The notes: generated by a model not told the origin, from the sequence alone. Numbered from the stretch's first letter, positions 30,467-41,072 are shown. The stretch: DNA of 64,000 nucleotides from Spirochaetia bacterium (GCA_965199955.1 CBDATQ010000002.1:544001-608000); one strand, 5' to 3'. Translations and numbers: made by a program.

Positions 30467-31480
30467 ATGGCTTTGTTCAACAACTTCTCAGACATCGGCA
30501 TCGACTTGGGCACCTGCAATACCCTCGTGCACGTCAAGGGGAAGGGCATCGTGCTGACCGAGCCGTCCGTGGTCGCCATCGACCACGAAAGCAAGCAGGT
30601 GGTCGCCGTCGGTACCGAGGCCAAGCGCATGCTGTGGAAGGCGCCGCACACGATCGAGGCGGTGCGCCCGCTGCGTGACGGCGTGATCGCCGACTTCGAA
30701 ATGACCGAGCAGATGATCCGCCACTTCATCATGCAGGTCGCCCCGCGGCGCTGGTTCGTCAAGCCGCGCATGGTGATCGGCATCCCCGCCGGCGCCACCG
30801 AGGTGGAGAAACGGGCGGTTCAGGAGAGCGCCGAGCGGGCAGGCGCGCGCGAAGTGTTCGTGATCGAGGAGTCGATCGCGGCTGCTGTCGGCGCCGATCT
30901 GCCGATCATGGAGCCGGCCGGCCACATGATCTGCGACATCGGCGGCGGCACCACGGAAGTTTCGGTCATTTCGCTCGGAGGCATGGTCGTGTCGAATGCC
31001 ATCCGTATCGGCGGCGACGAGTTCGATGAAGCGATCATCAAGCACGTGCGCACCGTCCACAACCTGGTGATCGGCCTCGAAACGGCCGAGAAGATCAAGA
31101 TCAAGATCGGCAACGCGGACCCGGACCAGAAGATCGTGCGCATGGAGATCAAGGGCCGCGACGCCATCACCGGCCTCCCGCACCGGCTGGAGGTGGACTC
31201 GATCGAGGTGTGCGAAGCGCTGCAGGAACCCACGCGCCAGATCCTGGAGGAGATCAAGCGGGCGCTGGGGCGCACGCCGGCGGAGTTGGCCTCCGACATC
31301 GTGGAGCGCGGCATCGTCATGACCGGTGGCGGCTCGCTCCTGCGCGGGTTGCCGCGCCTGATCGGTCGGGAGACCGGCGTGCCGGTGATCGTCGCGGAGC
31401 AACCTCTGCTGTGCGTTGCGCTCGGGGCCGGCAAGTACTTCGAGACAACCGGGATGAGCCAACGCCGGCAATACCGGTAA
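30467..31480 (+). CDS. mreB: Rod shape-determining protein MreB
   Basis: [35 protein letters not shown]. Confidence 0.97.
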   Translation: MALFNNFSDIGIDLGTCNTLVHVKGKGIVLTEPSVVAIDHESKQVVAVGTEAKRMLWKAPHTIEAVRPLRDGVIADFEMTEQMIRHFIMQVAPRRWFVKPRMVIGIPAGATEVEKRAVQESAERAGAREVFVIEESIAAAVGADLPIMEPAGHMICDIGGGTTEVSVISLGGMVVSNAIRIGGDEFDEAIIKHVRTVHNLVIGLETAEKIKIKIGNADPDQKIVRMEIKGRDAITGLPHRLEVDSIEVCEALQEPTRQILEEIKRALGRTPAELASDIVERGIVMTGGGSLLRGLPRLIGRETGVPVIVAEQPLLCVALGAGKYFETTGMSQRRQYR

Positions 31481-31521
31481 GGATCATGACGGTCCCGGGG
31501 AGTTGACCTGAGTACGCGTCC

Positions 31522-32355
31522 GTGACCGAGGTACGCCCCTTCGTCAGCCGCCGCCGTTCAGGCGTCACGTTCGCGGTTCTGCTGATCAGCTCGCTGCTGC
31601 TGGTGGGGTTGAGTCCCCAGCCCGGGCACGTGGGGCTGCTGTCACTGATGCAGGCGGGCATCAGTTCCGGCGTTCGTTGGGTCGCGGATTCGGTCGCCGC
31701 GATCGGGGAGCTCGGCCGAAGCAGGGCGGAGCTGCAGGAGCTGCGCGCCGAGCTGCTGAGGATGCAACAGAAGCAACGCGACAACGTACAGCTCAGGGTC
31801 GAGAACCGCAACCTGCGCGCCCTGCTCGACCTTCCCCGCGGCGCCGCTCCCACCGTGATTCCGGCGGAGGTGATCGGCCGCGACCCGGGGAGCCTGTTCA
31901 AGACGGTGACGATCAATCGTGGCCGCAGGCACGGCGTTCGTGTCGATGCCACGGTGGTCGCCGACGCCGGCGGCATCCAGGCACTGGTCGGGCGGGTGGC
32001 GTCGGTCTCATCCGTCACGGCGATGGTGAGGCCGATTCTGGATGCCCGCTCGTACGTCGCCGCGCGCCTGCAGCGCATCGAGCGCGACGGGCTGATCGAG
32101 GGTGACCCCGCCGGCAATCGGCTGGTCATGCGCTATGTGCCGCGCATCGCCGCGGAGGACCTGGCGGTCGACGACCTGGTGATCACCTCGGGCATGCGCA
32201 GCCCCTATCCGCGTGGCATCTACATCGGCCGGGTCACCGAGCACCGTGACGGTGACGACCGGTCGACGATCGAGGTGATCGTGCAGCCACTGGTCGAGTT
32301 CGGCCGCCTGGACTACGTGCTGGTGCTGGATACCACGGATCCGGTCGATGGGTGA
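31522..32355 (+). CDS. mreC: Rod shape-determining protein MreC
   Basis: TM, coiled coil ENRNLRALL, AEVIGRDP, LVGRV, VITSG..YP.GI.IG. Confidence 0.93.
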   Translation: MTEVRPFVSRRRSGVTFAVLLISSLLLVGLSPQPGHVGLLSLMQAGISSGVRWVADSVAAIGELGRSRAELQELRAELLRMQQKQRDNVQLRVENRNLRALLDLPRGAAPTVIPAEVIGRDPGSLFKTVTINRGRRHGVRVDATVVADAGGIQALVGRVASVSSVTAMVRPILDARSYVAARLQRIERDGLIEGDPAGNRLVMRYVPRIAAEDLAVDDLVITSGMRSPYPRGIYIGRVTEHRDGDDRSTIEVIVQPLVEFGRLDYVLVLDTTDPVDG

Positions 32356-32890
32356 CGTCCGCGTCATCCTGGCGACCACGCTGCTCGCCGCCGCCGCCTC
32401 CCTGCTGAGCTCGACGCTGCTGTCGTGGGTGGCGGTGGCCGGCGTCAAGCCGGACCTTGCCCTGGTGATCGTCGCCCTGATGGCGATGCGCAGGGGCAGC
32501 ATGCCCGGCCAGATCGCGGGGTTCGCCTCGGGCCTGATTGCGGACACGATCAGCGCGGCCCCGCTGGGGCTCACCGCCATGACCCGCACGGTGGTAGGGT
32601 ACGTGGTAGGCCGTATGGAAGGCTTGATCAGCGTCGACTGGCTGCTGCTGCCGGCCGCGGTGTCGATCGCCGCCACGGTGCTCAAGGCCGTCACGCTCGC
32701 GGCCGTGGAGCTGGCCGTACCCTGGATCTCCAGCCGCTACGGGATCGGACCGTCCGCGTTCCTGACCAGCTTCCTGATCGAAGCGGGACTGAACGCCGTG
32801 GCCGCCCCCGCCATGTACGTGTTGCTCAGCGTGCTGCCGGGCATGCGCGAGCCCGCGTCGAACCAGGTGCGGCGCCGGGTGCGACGTTGA
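32348..32890 (+). CDS. mreD: Rod shape-determining protein MreD
   Basis: Hydrophobic, KPDLAL, GF.SGL.AD, position after mreC. Confidence 0.9.
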   Translation: MGDVRVILATTLLAAAASLLSSTLLSWVAVAGVKPDLALVIVALMAMRRGSMPGQIAGFASGLIADTISAAPLGLTAMTRTVVGYVVGRMEGLISVDWLLLPAAVSIAATVLKAVTLAAVELAVPWISSRYGIGPSAFLTSFLIEAGLNAVAAPAMYVLLSVLPGMREPASNQVRRRVRR

Positions 32891-34824
32891 ACGGCCCCCA
32901 CGCCGACGATTCCGCCCCGGTCTCCCGCCTTGCGGCAATGCGCATCGCGCTGCTGTGCGTGCTCGGCGGCCTGGCGCTCTACCTGTTCGTGCTGCAGGTG
33001 ATCAAGGGCGTCGAGTTCGAAGAACTGGCGAAGCAGTTCGCCCAACGCAAGACCGTGGTGCCGGCGCAGCGCGGAGCGATCTACGACGGATCGTACACGC
33101 GGCCGCTGGTCGCCAATCGGCCCGCGTTCTCCATCGACGTCACTCCCGCGCTGGTGCCCGGCGACCGGGGTGACCTGGACGCCTTGCTCACCTCGCTCGC
33201 GGAGGCGCTCGACATCGACCCGGACTACATGGCCGGGCAGGTGCCCCTGAACGAGAGCCACCTGTTCCAACCGATCGAGGTCCTCTCGGGCGCCGACTTT
33301 CCGACCGTGGCCTACCTCGGCGAGCACATCCACCGGTTCCAGGGCGTGTCCTGGCGCAACGAGCCGGTGCGCGACTACAGCGACCTCGGCGCCCTGGCGC
33401 ACGTGATCGGCTACGTGGGCGAGATCAATGTCGAGGAGCTCCAGGTCCTGTACAACGAGGGATACCGCAAGGGCGACACGATCGGCAAGAGCGGTCTGGA
33501 GCAGCGGTATGACGCGCGCCTGCGCGGGACGCCGGGGCTGAGCTACCGGACCGTGGACGCGCTCCAGCGGGACCTGGGCACCCGCGAGGGCCGCCCGCCC
33601 GTACCCGGCAACGACCTGGTGCTCACCATCGACGCGCGCATCCAGCGCCTGGCCGAGGGTGCTCTGGCCGGCCGCATCGGCTCGGTGGTCGTGCTGCGGC
33701 CGACCACCGGCGAGATTCTGGCCATGGTCTCCTATCCGTGGTTCGATCCCGGCGCGTTTCGCGGCGGCGGCGGGGCGCAGGCGCTGCGCGGAGCGCTGCA
33801 GGATCCGACCCATCCGTTCGTCAACCGGGCCGTGCACTCTGCGTACCCGCCGGCATCGGTGTTCAAGCTGATCATGAGCATCGCGGTGCTGGAGGAGCGG
33901 CTCATCGCGCCGGAGGAGCAGATCAACTGCAAGGGGAGATTCTTTCTGGGCAGGGGGGAATGGGACGACCACAAGCCGGAGGGGCACGGCTGGGTCGACC
34001 TGCGCAAAGGCTTGGCGGAGTCCTGCAACATCTACTACTACACGGTCGGCCATCGGCTGGGCGTGGAGCGCATCGTCCACTACGCGCGGGCGCTGGGCCT
34101 TGGCAGCCCCACCGGCATCGAGCTGCCGCGCGAGCAGGCCGGTTTCCTGCCCACTCCCGCCTGGAAGCAGCGCCAGCACAGCGAGCCGTGGGTGGGAGGC
34201 GACACCATCAACATGTCGATCGGCCAGGGGTTCGTCACCGCGACCCCGTTGCAGATCGCCAACGTGGTGGCGGCGATCGCCAATGACGGCGTCGTCTATC
34301 GTCCCTACCTGGTGAAGGAGGTGCGTGACGGCGGCGACGGATCGCTGATCAAGCGAGCGTCGCCGGTACCGCTGCTGGAGGTCGACGTGCAGCCGGAGAC
34401 CTTCGCGTTCATGCGCGAGGCGATGCGACACACGGTGACCGACGGAACCCCGGCGGTGGCGATCACGACGCCGGCGGTGCAGGCGGCCGGCAAGACGGGC
34501 ACGGCCCAGATTCGCTCCAAGGACTTCGACGGGCCGGAGCTCAAGCACTCGTGGTTCGCGGCCTACGCGCCCGCCGACGCTCTGCCGGAAGATCAGGTGG
34601 TGGTGGTCGTCATGGCGGAAGCCACCGATTACTGGGAGTGGTGGTCGCCGAAGGCGGCCAACGTGCTGCTGCACGGGATGTTCACCGGACTGGACTACAA
34701 GGACGTGATAAGCGACCTGCAGCCCCATACCCCCATGTACAACCTACTGGGTGAGCCCAGGCCGGAAGAAGAGACAGAGGAAGAAGCGGACGGAGGGGAT
34801 GACGGCGATGCCGAAGCGGGCTGA
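32887..34824 (+). CDS. mrdA: Penicillin-binding protein 2 (start TTG 32887 or ATG 32938)
   Basis: RGAIYD, GKSGLE, SxxK (ASVFK), SxN (SCN), KTG. Confidence 0.95.
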   Translation: MNGPHADDSAPVSRLAAMRIALLCVLGGLALYLFVLQVIKGVEFEELAKQFAQRKTVVPAQRGAIYDGSYTRPLVANRPAFSIDVTPALVPGDRGDLDALLTSLAEALDIDPDYMAGQVPLNESHLFQPIEVLSGADFPTVAYLGEHIHRFQGVSWRNEPVRDYSDLGALAHVIGYVGEINVEELQVLYNEGYRKGDTIGKSGLEQRYDARLRGTPGLSYRTVDALQRDLGTREGRPPVPGNDLVLTIDARIQRLAEGALAGRIGSVVVLRPTTGEILAMVSYPWFDPGAFRGGGGAQALRGALQDPTHPFVNRAVHSAYPPASVFKLIMSIAVLEERLIAPEEQINCKGRFFLGRGEWDDHKPEGHGWVDLRKGLAESCNIYYYTVGHRLGVERIVHYARALGLGSPTGIELPREQAGFLPTPAWKQRQHSEPWVGGDTINMSIGQGFVTATPLQIANVVAAIANDGVVYRPYLVKEVRDGGDGSLIKRASPVPLLEVDVQPETFAFMREAMRHTVTDGTPAVAITTPAVQAAGKTGTAQIRSKDFDGPELKHSWFAAYAPADALPEDQVVVVVMAEATDYWEWWSPKAANVLLHGMFTGLDYKDVISDLQPHTPMYNLLGEPRPEEETEEEADGGDDGDAEAG

Positions 34825-34845
34825 CCGCCGGGGCGGTACGCGACG

Positions 34846-36255
34846 GTGACCGGCGGCGACGGGGCGCGGGCGGTGCCGCTGCTCGGCGCCACCGCGGCGC
34901 TAGTCGCGATCGGCGTCCTGTTCATCTACTCGAGCGGCGTCGACTCCACCGGCGAGTCGGTGTCCCGGGAGTGGATCAAGCAGATCGTCTGGGCGCTGAC
35001 CGGGTTCGCGCTCCTGGCCGTGGTCGCCGCGGCGGGGCCGGGCTGGCTGCAGGCGGGGGCTTCCGCCTTGTACGCAGGTGGGCTGGTGCTGCTGGCGGCC
35101 ACCGCCCTGTTCGGCAGGGAGGTGAACGGCGCCCGCGCCTGGATCGGCATCGGCGACTTCGGCGTGCAGCCGTCGGAGTTCGCGAAGCTCACCACCATCC
35201 TGTTCCTGGCGTCCTACCTGGCCGGCATCGGCAACGGTATCAAGGAGCTGCCGCGCTTCGCGCTGGGCCTGGCGATCGTGCTGCTGCCGGTCGGGCTGGT
35301 CCTGCTGCAGCCCGACATGGGCACGGCGATGGTCTACGTGCCGATCTTCCTGGTGGCGTCGCTGGTTTCAGGAGCGGAGATTCGCCATCTGGCGTTCATC
35401 CTGGGCGCGACGGTCGTCACCTTCGCCATGGCGGTGCTGCCGGATCTGAACCCCGAGGGCATCCTGCGCACGATCGCCACGGCGTTGCTCGACCCCGGTA
35501 TCGTGCGGCTCGCCGCCATGGCGCTGCTGGCGATCGTCGGCCTGGCGGTCCTCGGCTACCGGCTCAGCCGCAGCCGCTGGCTGTACTGGGTCGGCTACCT
35601 CACGTCCATCGTACTGGGCGGGGTGACAGGGGCGGCGCTGGTGCGGTCCGTTCTGAAGCCATACCAGATCGTCCGCCTAGCGGCGTTCCTGGAGCCGTGG
35701 GCGGATCTGCGCGGCGCCGGCTGGAACATCATCCAGTCGAAGACGGCCGTGGGGTCGGGCGGGCTGGCCGGGAAAGGGTATCTGCAGGGCACGCAGAGCC
35801 ACTATCAGTTCCTGCCCCAGCAGAGCACGGACTTCATCTTCTCCATCCTGGCCGAGGAGTGGGGATTCCGCGGCTCGCTGCTGGTGCTCGGGCTGTTCGC
35901 CGTCATCCTGCTGCGATCGATCGCCATATGCCGGCGTGCACGCGACGACTTCGGCGTGGCGATGGCCGCCGGCGTCATCGGCATGTTCGCCACCCACGTG
36001 CTGGTCAACATCGGAGTGGCGAGCGGCATCATGCCGATCACCGGCATTCCGCTGACGTTCGTCTCCTACGGCGGTTCCGCTCTGTGGACGGGGCTGCTGG
36101 CGGTCGGCATGCTGCTGGCGTTGCTGCGTCCGGGTGCGGGCGGGGCGATGCGTTTCTCGTCACGCTTGACCGCATCCCAGTGGCGGTCGAGTTCCGCCAA
36201 CGGCAGCTCGCCCAAGGTGGCGCCGGTTTCACGCACGCGCCGCTCCACTTCCTGA
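34846..36255 (+). CDS. rodA: SEDS glycosyltransferase RodA
   Basis: QPSEFAK, LQPDMGT, TDFIFS.LAEEWG, TGIPL.FVSYGGS. Confidence 0.95.
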   Translation: MTGGDGARAVPLLGATAALVAIGVLFIYSSGVDSTGESVSREWIKQIVWALTGFALLAVVAAAGPGWLQAGASALYAGGLVLLAATALFGREVNGARAWIGIGDFGVQPSEFAKLTTILFLASYLAGIGNGIKELPRFALGLAIVLLPVGLVLLQPDMGTAMVYVPIFLVASLVSGAEIRHLAFILGATVVTFAMAVLPDLNPEGILRTIATALLDPGIVRLAAMALLAIVGLAVLGYRLSRSRWLYWVGYLTSIVLGGVTGAALVRSVLKPYQIVRLAAFLEPWADLRGAGWNIIQSKTAVGSGGLAGKGYLQGTQSHYQFLPQQSTDFIFSILAEEWGFRGSLLVLGLFAVILLRSIAICRRARDDFGVAMAAGVIGMFATHVLVNIGVASGIMPITGIPLTFVSYGGSALWTGLLAVGMLLALLRPGAGGAMRFSSRLTASQWRSSSANGSSPKVAPVSRTRRSTS

Positions 36256-36983
36256 AACCGGCATCGGAATCTCCGGTTTGCGCCGTTCAGCGCCAGCAGC
36301 GGATCGACCCGCAGGTGGCGGGACAGGTTGACCACCGCGAACAGAAGGTCGCCCAGCTCCTCTTCGGTGCGTTGCGGCTCGATCCCGGCCGCCTGGTCGA
36401 CCTCGGCCAGTTCTTCGGCCACCTTCGCGAACACCGGACGAGCGTCGTCCCAGTCGAACCCGACGGTGGCGGCGGCGGACTGCAGGTCGACGGCATGGCG
36501 GAGTGGGCTGGGTGACGAGCCGACCGAGTCGAGCGCGGAGGAACGGGGCTCGGGTTCGCGCCTCTCGCTCTGCTTGATCCGCTCCCACTGGCGCAACACT
36601 CCGTCGGCATCGGTGGGATAGCCCCCGTCCGTCCGGCCGCCGGCGGGCGGGAATACGTGCGGGTGGCGGCGGCGGAGCTTGTCGACCACGCCGGTCAGCA
36701 CGTCGGCCACTGCGAAGGAATCCTCCTGTTCCTTCATGCGGGCGATCATCGTCGCGATCAGCACCACGTCGCCCAGTTCCTCGTTCAGGTTGTCATCGTC
36801 GCCGGCATCGATCGCCGAGATGGCCTCGAACGCCTCCTCCAGGAGCATGGTCCGCATCGACTGGGGGGTCTGCTCGCGATCCCAGGGACAGCCGTCCGGC
36901 GCACGCAGTCGGCAGACGGTCCGGTACAGCTCGGCGAAGGCTGCGCCGGGGCGTTCGGCGTTCGGTGACGGTGTGGACTCCAT
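36066..36983 (-). CDS. mazG: Nucleoside triphosphate pyrophosphohydrolase MazG
   Basis: LRAPDGCPWDREQT, EELGD twice, RRHPHVF, GFDW. Confidence 0.95.
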   Translation of the reverse strand: MESTPSPNAERPGAAFAELYRTVCRLRAPDGCPWDREQTPQSMRTMLLEEAFEAISAIDAGDDDNLNEELGDVVLIATMIARMKEQEDSFAVADVLTGVVDKLRRRHPHVFPPAGGRTDGGYPTDADGVLRQWERIKQSERREPEPRSSALDSVGSSPSPLRHAVDLQSAAATVGFDWDDARPVFAKVAEELAEVDQAAGIEPQRTEEELGDLLFAVVNLSRHLRVDPLLALNGANRRFRCRFQEVERRVRETGATLGELPLAELDRHWDAVKRDEKRIAPPAPGRSNASSMPTASSPVHRAEPP

Positions 36984-37084
36984 GGAGTTCGCTCCGAGGG
37001 CCGCCGGGTGTTGCGACCCGCCCCGGCGTGGTAGGCTTCGGCCTTAACGGTAGCGCATCGCCGCTGCCGGTGCATCCGCTGTCC

Positions 37085-38128
37085 ATGCGCATTGCATCCG
37101 TCTCGCTCAAACACCCCTCCCGGCTGGTTACCAATGACGAGATCGTCACGTTGCTGCAGCAGTGCAGCAACGGCGTCGACCCGAAGGTGCTGCGCAAGTA
37201 CCAGCGGCTGGTGCGCGGGTTGCTGAAGCGCACCGGATCGGTGACACGCTACGTCCGGGACGTACAGCGGGGCGAGCGGGCCAGCGACCTGGTCAGGGAC
37301 GCGATACTGCAGGCTCTGGAGCAGGCGGCGATTGCGCCTGCCGACATCGATCTGTTGATCTATTGCGGGGTGGGCAAGGGGTTCCTGGAGCCCGCCAACG
37401 CCTATTTCTACGCGCAGGCCACGGGCCTCACCTGTTCGTGCTTCGACATCGCCGATGCCTGCATGAGCTGGATGCGCGCGCTGGAGATCTCGTACCGGTT
37501 CCTGCGGTCCGGGACGCTCCGCACCGCGATGATCGTCAACGGAGAGTTCAACTACAAGGAGCACGGGTACCCTGAGAACTTCGAGGTGAAAGGTCTCGAG
37601 CAGCTCGAATACACGTTCCCGACCTACACCATCGGCGAGGCGGCGACCGCCACCATCGTCACCGCGTCGGACGCCGAGTGGCGCTTCGACTACCACTCCG
37701 TGCCTGAGCTGTGCGGTCTGTGCAACATCCCGCTGGACGGGTACGAGGACTTCGTGGAGCTGTCGGACCGGATCGCGCTCAACGGCGTGAACAAGTTCGT
37801 GGCGTACGGTCACGAGCTGTTCGCACGGGCGGAGGAGTACCTGCTGCCGCTGGTCCGGCGCACGGTCGGCGACCTGAACGCCCCGCACATCTACTTCCCG
37901 CACGCCGCCTCCAGCGTTGCCTACCTGCGCGCCGGCAGGGCCGCGGGAATCCGGAACGGCAAGGTGTACAGCGAGGTGTTCCCGAAGCTGGGCAACCTGG
38001 TGTCGGCAAGCATTCCGGCCGCGATGGTCATGGCCGAGGCGGAAGGCCGGCTGAAGCGGGGCGATCGGGTCGTGCTGGTGCCGGCCAGCGCCGGCATGGT
38101 GTTCGGCGTCGGTCAGTTCACCTACTGA
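37085..38128 (+). CDS. 3-oxoacyl-ACP synthase III family condensing enzyme (OleA-like)
   Basis: EPANA, catalytic Cys in DACMSW, PHAAS, GNLVSASIP, TIGEAA. Confidence 0.85.
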   Translation: MRIASVSLKHPSRLVTNDEIVTLLQQCSNGVDPKVLRKYQRLVRGLLKRTGSVTRYVRDVQRGERASDLVRDAILQALEQAAIAPADIDLLIYCGVGKGFLEPANAYFYAQATGLTCSCFDIADACMSWMRALEISYRFLRSGTLRTAMIVNGEFNYKEHGYPENFEVKGLEQLEYTFPTYTIGEAATATIVTASDAEWRFDYHSVPELCGLCNIPLDGYEDFVELSDRIALNGVNKFVAYGHELFARAEEYLLPLVRRTVGDLNAPHIYFPHAASSVAYLRAGRAAGIRNGKVYSEVFPKLGNLVSASIPAAMVMAEAEGRLKRGDRVVLVPASAGMVFGVGQFTY

Positions 38129-38143
38129 AGACGGGCAGCCGGT

Positions 38144-38824
38144 TCAGGTCTCCACGGCGGCCAGGGCCGGTCTGCGCTGGTCGGCCGGCTCGTTCAGAAA
38201 GACGCGCCAGGAGTCGTACTTCGGGCTCTGCAGACGCAGCAGGATCAGCGGATTCCGGCGCGGCTCCACGGGCTTGCGGATGAGCTGCATGCCGGCCGAA
38301 CGCGGCGTCCTGCCGCCCTTGCGCGTATTGCACGGCATGCACGCGGTCACCAGGTTCGACCACGACTCCGTGCCGCCGCGCCAGCGGGGGATCACGTGGT
38401 CGATCGTGAGCGCCCGAGCGGCCAGGCGCGTGCCGCAGTACTGGCAGGTGTTGCCGTCGCGGGCGTACACGTTACGCCGCGTGAGCGCCACCCCCTGGCG
38501 CGGGAAGCCGTGGTAGTCGGTCAGCCTGATGACGCGCGGCACCGCGAGCGTCAGCGTCGCCGTGTGGACCCAGTCCAGGTGACCGTCGCCTCGCGCCGCG
38601 AGGATGCCGGATTGATCCGTCCAGCGGGTGAAGTCGAACGACTCGTAGCGGCCGCCGTCGGTGGTGACCACCTCTGCGGCCTGCCGCACCAGCAGCACGA
38701 AGGCGCGCCGCGCGCTGACCAGGCGCAGGACGGTATATGAGCTGTTCAGAACCAGCACGCTGTATTCGAGCACCCGGGATTCCTGCCGCCGGGATGCCTG
38801 AGCCACGGTTGGGTCCACTACCAC
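38144..38824 (-). CDS. HNH endonuclease (McrA/HNH_5-like)
   Basis: VLVLNSSY, RRNVYARD..CQYCG, TIDHVIPR..GG..W.NLVTAC..CN.RKG. Confidence 0.92.
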   Translation of the reverse strand: MVVDPTVAQASRRQESRVLEYSVLVLNSSYTVLRLVSARRAFVLLVRQAAEVVTTDGGRYESFDFTRWTDQSGILAARGDGHLDWVHTATLTLAVPRVIRLTDYHGFPRQGVALTRRNVYARDGNTCQYCGTRLAARALTIDHVIPRWRGGTESWSNLVTACMPCNTRKGGRTPRSAGMQLIRKPVEPRRNPLILLRLQSPKYDSWRVFLNEPADQRRPALAAVET

Positions 38825-38845
38825 GCGCCTAGTGCGGGGTCAAGA

Positions 38846-39811
38846 TTACCGGCCGTCCAGGTTCAGATCGTCTGCGTGGATCCAGCCGAAGTCCCGGTAA
38901 CTGCCGCGGACGCGAACGTCGTACCAGTCACCGTCCTTCCCCATCGCCATCAGCAGATCGGTCGGCCGCAGGTAGGAGCGCACGGTGGACTCGCGAGTCG
39001 GTGCGGCATGCAGGGGCACCGTTCTGCGGGCAGGCCAGAGCTCGGTCGGGGCCGGTGGGATGACCGCGGTCGGATCCATCGGCTCGTGTTCGGCCAGGAA
39101 CGCCAGCACGCCGCCGGCGATGCCGCGAGCGGCCACGTCCGGCTGGCCGGTCAGGAACGCCCGGTCTGCAGCGTGGGTGAGGTAGCCCATCTCCAGGATC
39201 GCCGCCGGCGTGGTGATGGCGATGGCGTGCCGGTACCGGCCGCCGAATGCGTAGTAGCCGCGCATGTTGTACGTCACACCGTTCAGGTCCTCCCGCAACC
39301 CGGTGACCGCGCCGTAGTGTTCGCGCAGCAGGGCGCTCAGGCGTCGGGACGCGGGGGACGCCCGCCACGGAGGGGCGACCTTGTAGCCGGAGCTGCCGCC
39401 GCCGTCGGCGTGGATCGCCACGAAGGCGTCGGCGTCGAACCCCGGGGGCACGGTGGCCGGGAGCAGTACCACCTCGACGCCCTGCTTGCGCAGCAGCTCG
39501 GCGGCTGCCGTCGCCACGACTCTGTTGACGTCGACTTCAGCCACGCCGGCGGCGCTGGCGCCGGTCGCCGTGCGTCGATGCTCCAGCTCGGGCGGGTACT
39601 GGTCGGTGTCCAGGTGCCCGATCTGCAGGGCGACGCGCCAGGGAGCTACCACTCCCCGCAGGGACAGCCCCGGGTAGTCGGGGCGCGCGGGAGCGCGCAA
39701 CGGCACGAAACGCTCCGGAGCGGCGGGTTCTTCCTGGATGGCCAGCGCGACGGCAGCAGCCGCCACGGCGGCTGCTGCCGCCGCGATCAGGAGACGTACG
39801 ACCACGGTCAT
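38846..39811 (-). CDS. N-acetylmuramoyl-L-alanine amidase (Amidase_3) with SH3b-like C-terminus
   Basis: Signal peptide, LQIGH, E.DVN, AIHAD, ILEMGYLT; C-terminal WY.V..GWI. Confidence 0.88.
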   Translation of the reverse strand: MTVVVRLLIAAAAAAVAAAAVALAIQEEPAAPERFVPLRAPARPDYPGLSLRGVVAPWRVALQIGHLDTDQYPPELEHRRTATGASAAGVAEVDVNRVVATAAAELLRKQGVEVVLLPATVPPGFDADAFVAIHADGGGSSGYKVAPPWRASPASRRLSALLREHYGAVTGLREDLNGVTYNMRGYYAFGGRYRHAIAITTPAAILEMGYLTHAADRAFLTGQPDVAARGIAGGVLAFLAEHEPMDPTAVIPPAPTELWPARRTVPLHAAPTRESTVRSYLRPTDLLMAMGKDGDWYDVRVRGSYRDFGWIHADDLNLDGR

Positions 39812-39876
39812 CCGGTGCCACTATACCGCCACACGCCGGGCGTTCCACAATGGCGTCCGCCGGGAACGGCCGGCAC

Positions 39877-39949
39877 GGGCGGTTAGCTCAGTTGGGAGAG
39901 CGCCTGGTTTACACCCAGGAGGTCGGCGGTTCAAGCCCGTCACCGCCCA
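39877..39949 (+). tRNA. tRNA-Val (TAC), CCA not encoded
   Basis: Acceptor GGGCGGT/ACCGCCC, anticodon arm CCTGG-TTTACAC-CCAGG, T loop TTCAAGC. Confidence 0.96.
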
Positions 39950-39956
39950 TCAAGAC

Positions 39957-41072
39957 ATGAGCACCCATTCCGTGGCCGCGGCACGGCGTTCGCTCCGCGG
40001 TTGGGTTCTGTTCGCGGTCGGCGCTGGGGCGGTCGTGCTGGGCGCGGCGCTCGCCGGCCGGGCGCTGCGCACGCCGACCGCGGAGCAGGCGTTCGATCCG
40101 GTGACCTGGGCCGACCGGCTGCAGGCGTTCACGACCATCTTCCTCGGCATCTTCATCGAGGCCGTGCCGTTCGTGGCGATCGGCGCGCTGCTGTCCGGCG
40201 TGATCGAGATGGCGGTGAGCACGCGGACGCTGGCCCGTTGGGTGCCGGCGCGGACCGGTGCCGGCGTGCTCGCCGGCGCGGCGCTCGGGATGGTATTCCC
40301 GGTCTGCGAGTGCGGAGTCGTGCTGGTCGTCCGCCGGCTGTTGAGCAAGGGACTCCCGCCGCCGGTCGCGATCGCCTTCCTGCTCGGCGCGCCGGTCCTC
40401 AACCCGGTCGTGATCGCCAGCACGGCCACGGCGTTCGGATTCGGCTGGATGCTCATCGCCCGCCTGGTGCTCACGCTGGTTGTCGCGGTCGCGGTCGCCG
40501 CCGCGTTTCGCCGCGCCGGTCGGGAAGACATCCTGCTGGCCTCCGATGGGTTGAAAGGAGCGGCCTCCCCTGCCGGGAGCGGCCACGGGCACCATCACGA
40601 GCACGAGCACGAGCACGGCCCTCGTGACCGGTCGGCTCCGGAACGCGGGCGCGGCATCGGATCCTTCGCCCGCGACGCCCTGCTGCATGGCTCGGCCGAC
40701 CTGTTCGACATGGGTCGCTACCTCGTCATCGGGTGCGGCCTGGCCGCCCTCCTGCAGACGGTGATGCCGCAGTCGGTCCTCCTGGACATCGGCCGCGGCG
40801 GGGCGGCGTCGGTGGCGACCATGCTGGGGCTCGGCTACCTGCTCTCGGTGTGCTCCTCCGTCGATGCGTTTCTTGCGTTGGCGTTTACCACCACCTTCGC
40901 GCCGGCCTCGATACTGGCGTTCCTGGTGTTCGGACCGATGGTCGACGTCAAGAGCACCCTGCTGTTCCTGAGCGTCTTCCGCACCAGGGCGATCGTCTAC
41001 CTGGTCGCGCTGCCCCTGGTGCTGACGTTCGCGGCGGCACTGATCGTGCACAACCTGGTGCCCTGGGCGTGA
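39957..41072 (+). CDS. DUF318/YcgR-like permease with His-rich loop
   Basis: IEAVPF, FPVCECG, APVLNP, GHGHHHEHEHEH, SVCSSVDAF, GPMVDVK. Confidence 0.88.
   Translation: MSTHSVAAARRSLRGWVLFAVGAGAVVLGAALAGRALRTPTAEQAFDPVTWADRLQAFTTIFLGIFIEAVPFVAIGALLSGVIEMAVSTRTLARWVPARTGAGVLAGAALGMVFPVCECGVVLVVRRLLSKGLPPPVAIAFLLGAPVLNPVVIASTATAFGFGWMLIARLVLTLVVAVAVAAAFRRAGREDILLASDGLKGAASPAGSGHGHHHEHEHEHGPRDRSAPERGRGIGSFARDALLHGSADLFDMGRYLVIGCGLAALLQTVMPQSVLLDIGRGGAASVATMLGLGYLLSVCSSVDAFLALAFTTTFAPASILAFLVFGPMVDVKSTLLFLSVFRTRAIVYLVALPLVLTFAAALIVHNLVPWA

Noticed and set aside
38144..38824. HNH gene as Cas9/IscB, homing or defence nuclease
   Set aside because: Small stand-alone McrA-like protein with no RuvC motifs, intron, methylase or array nearby.
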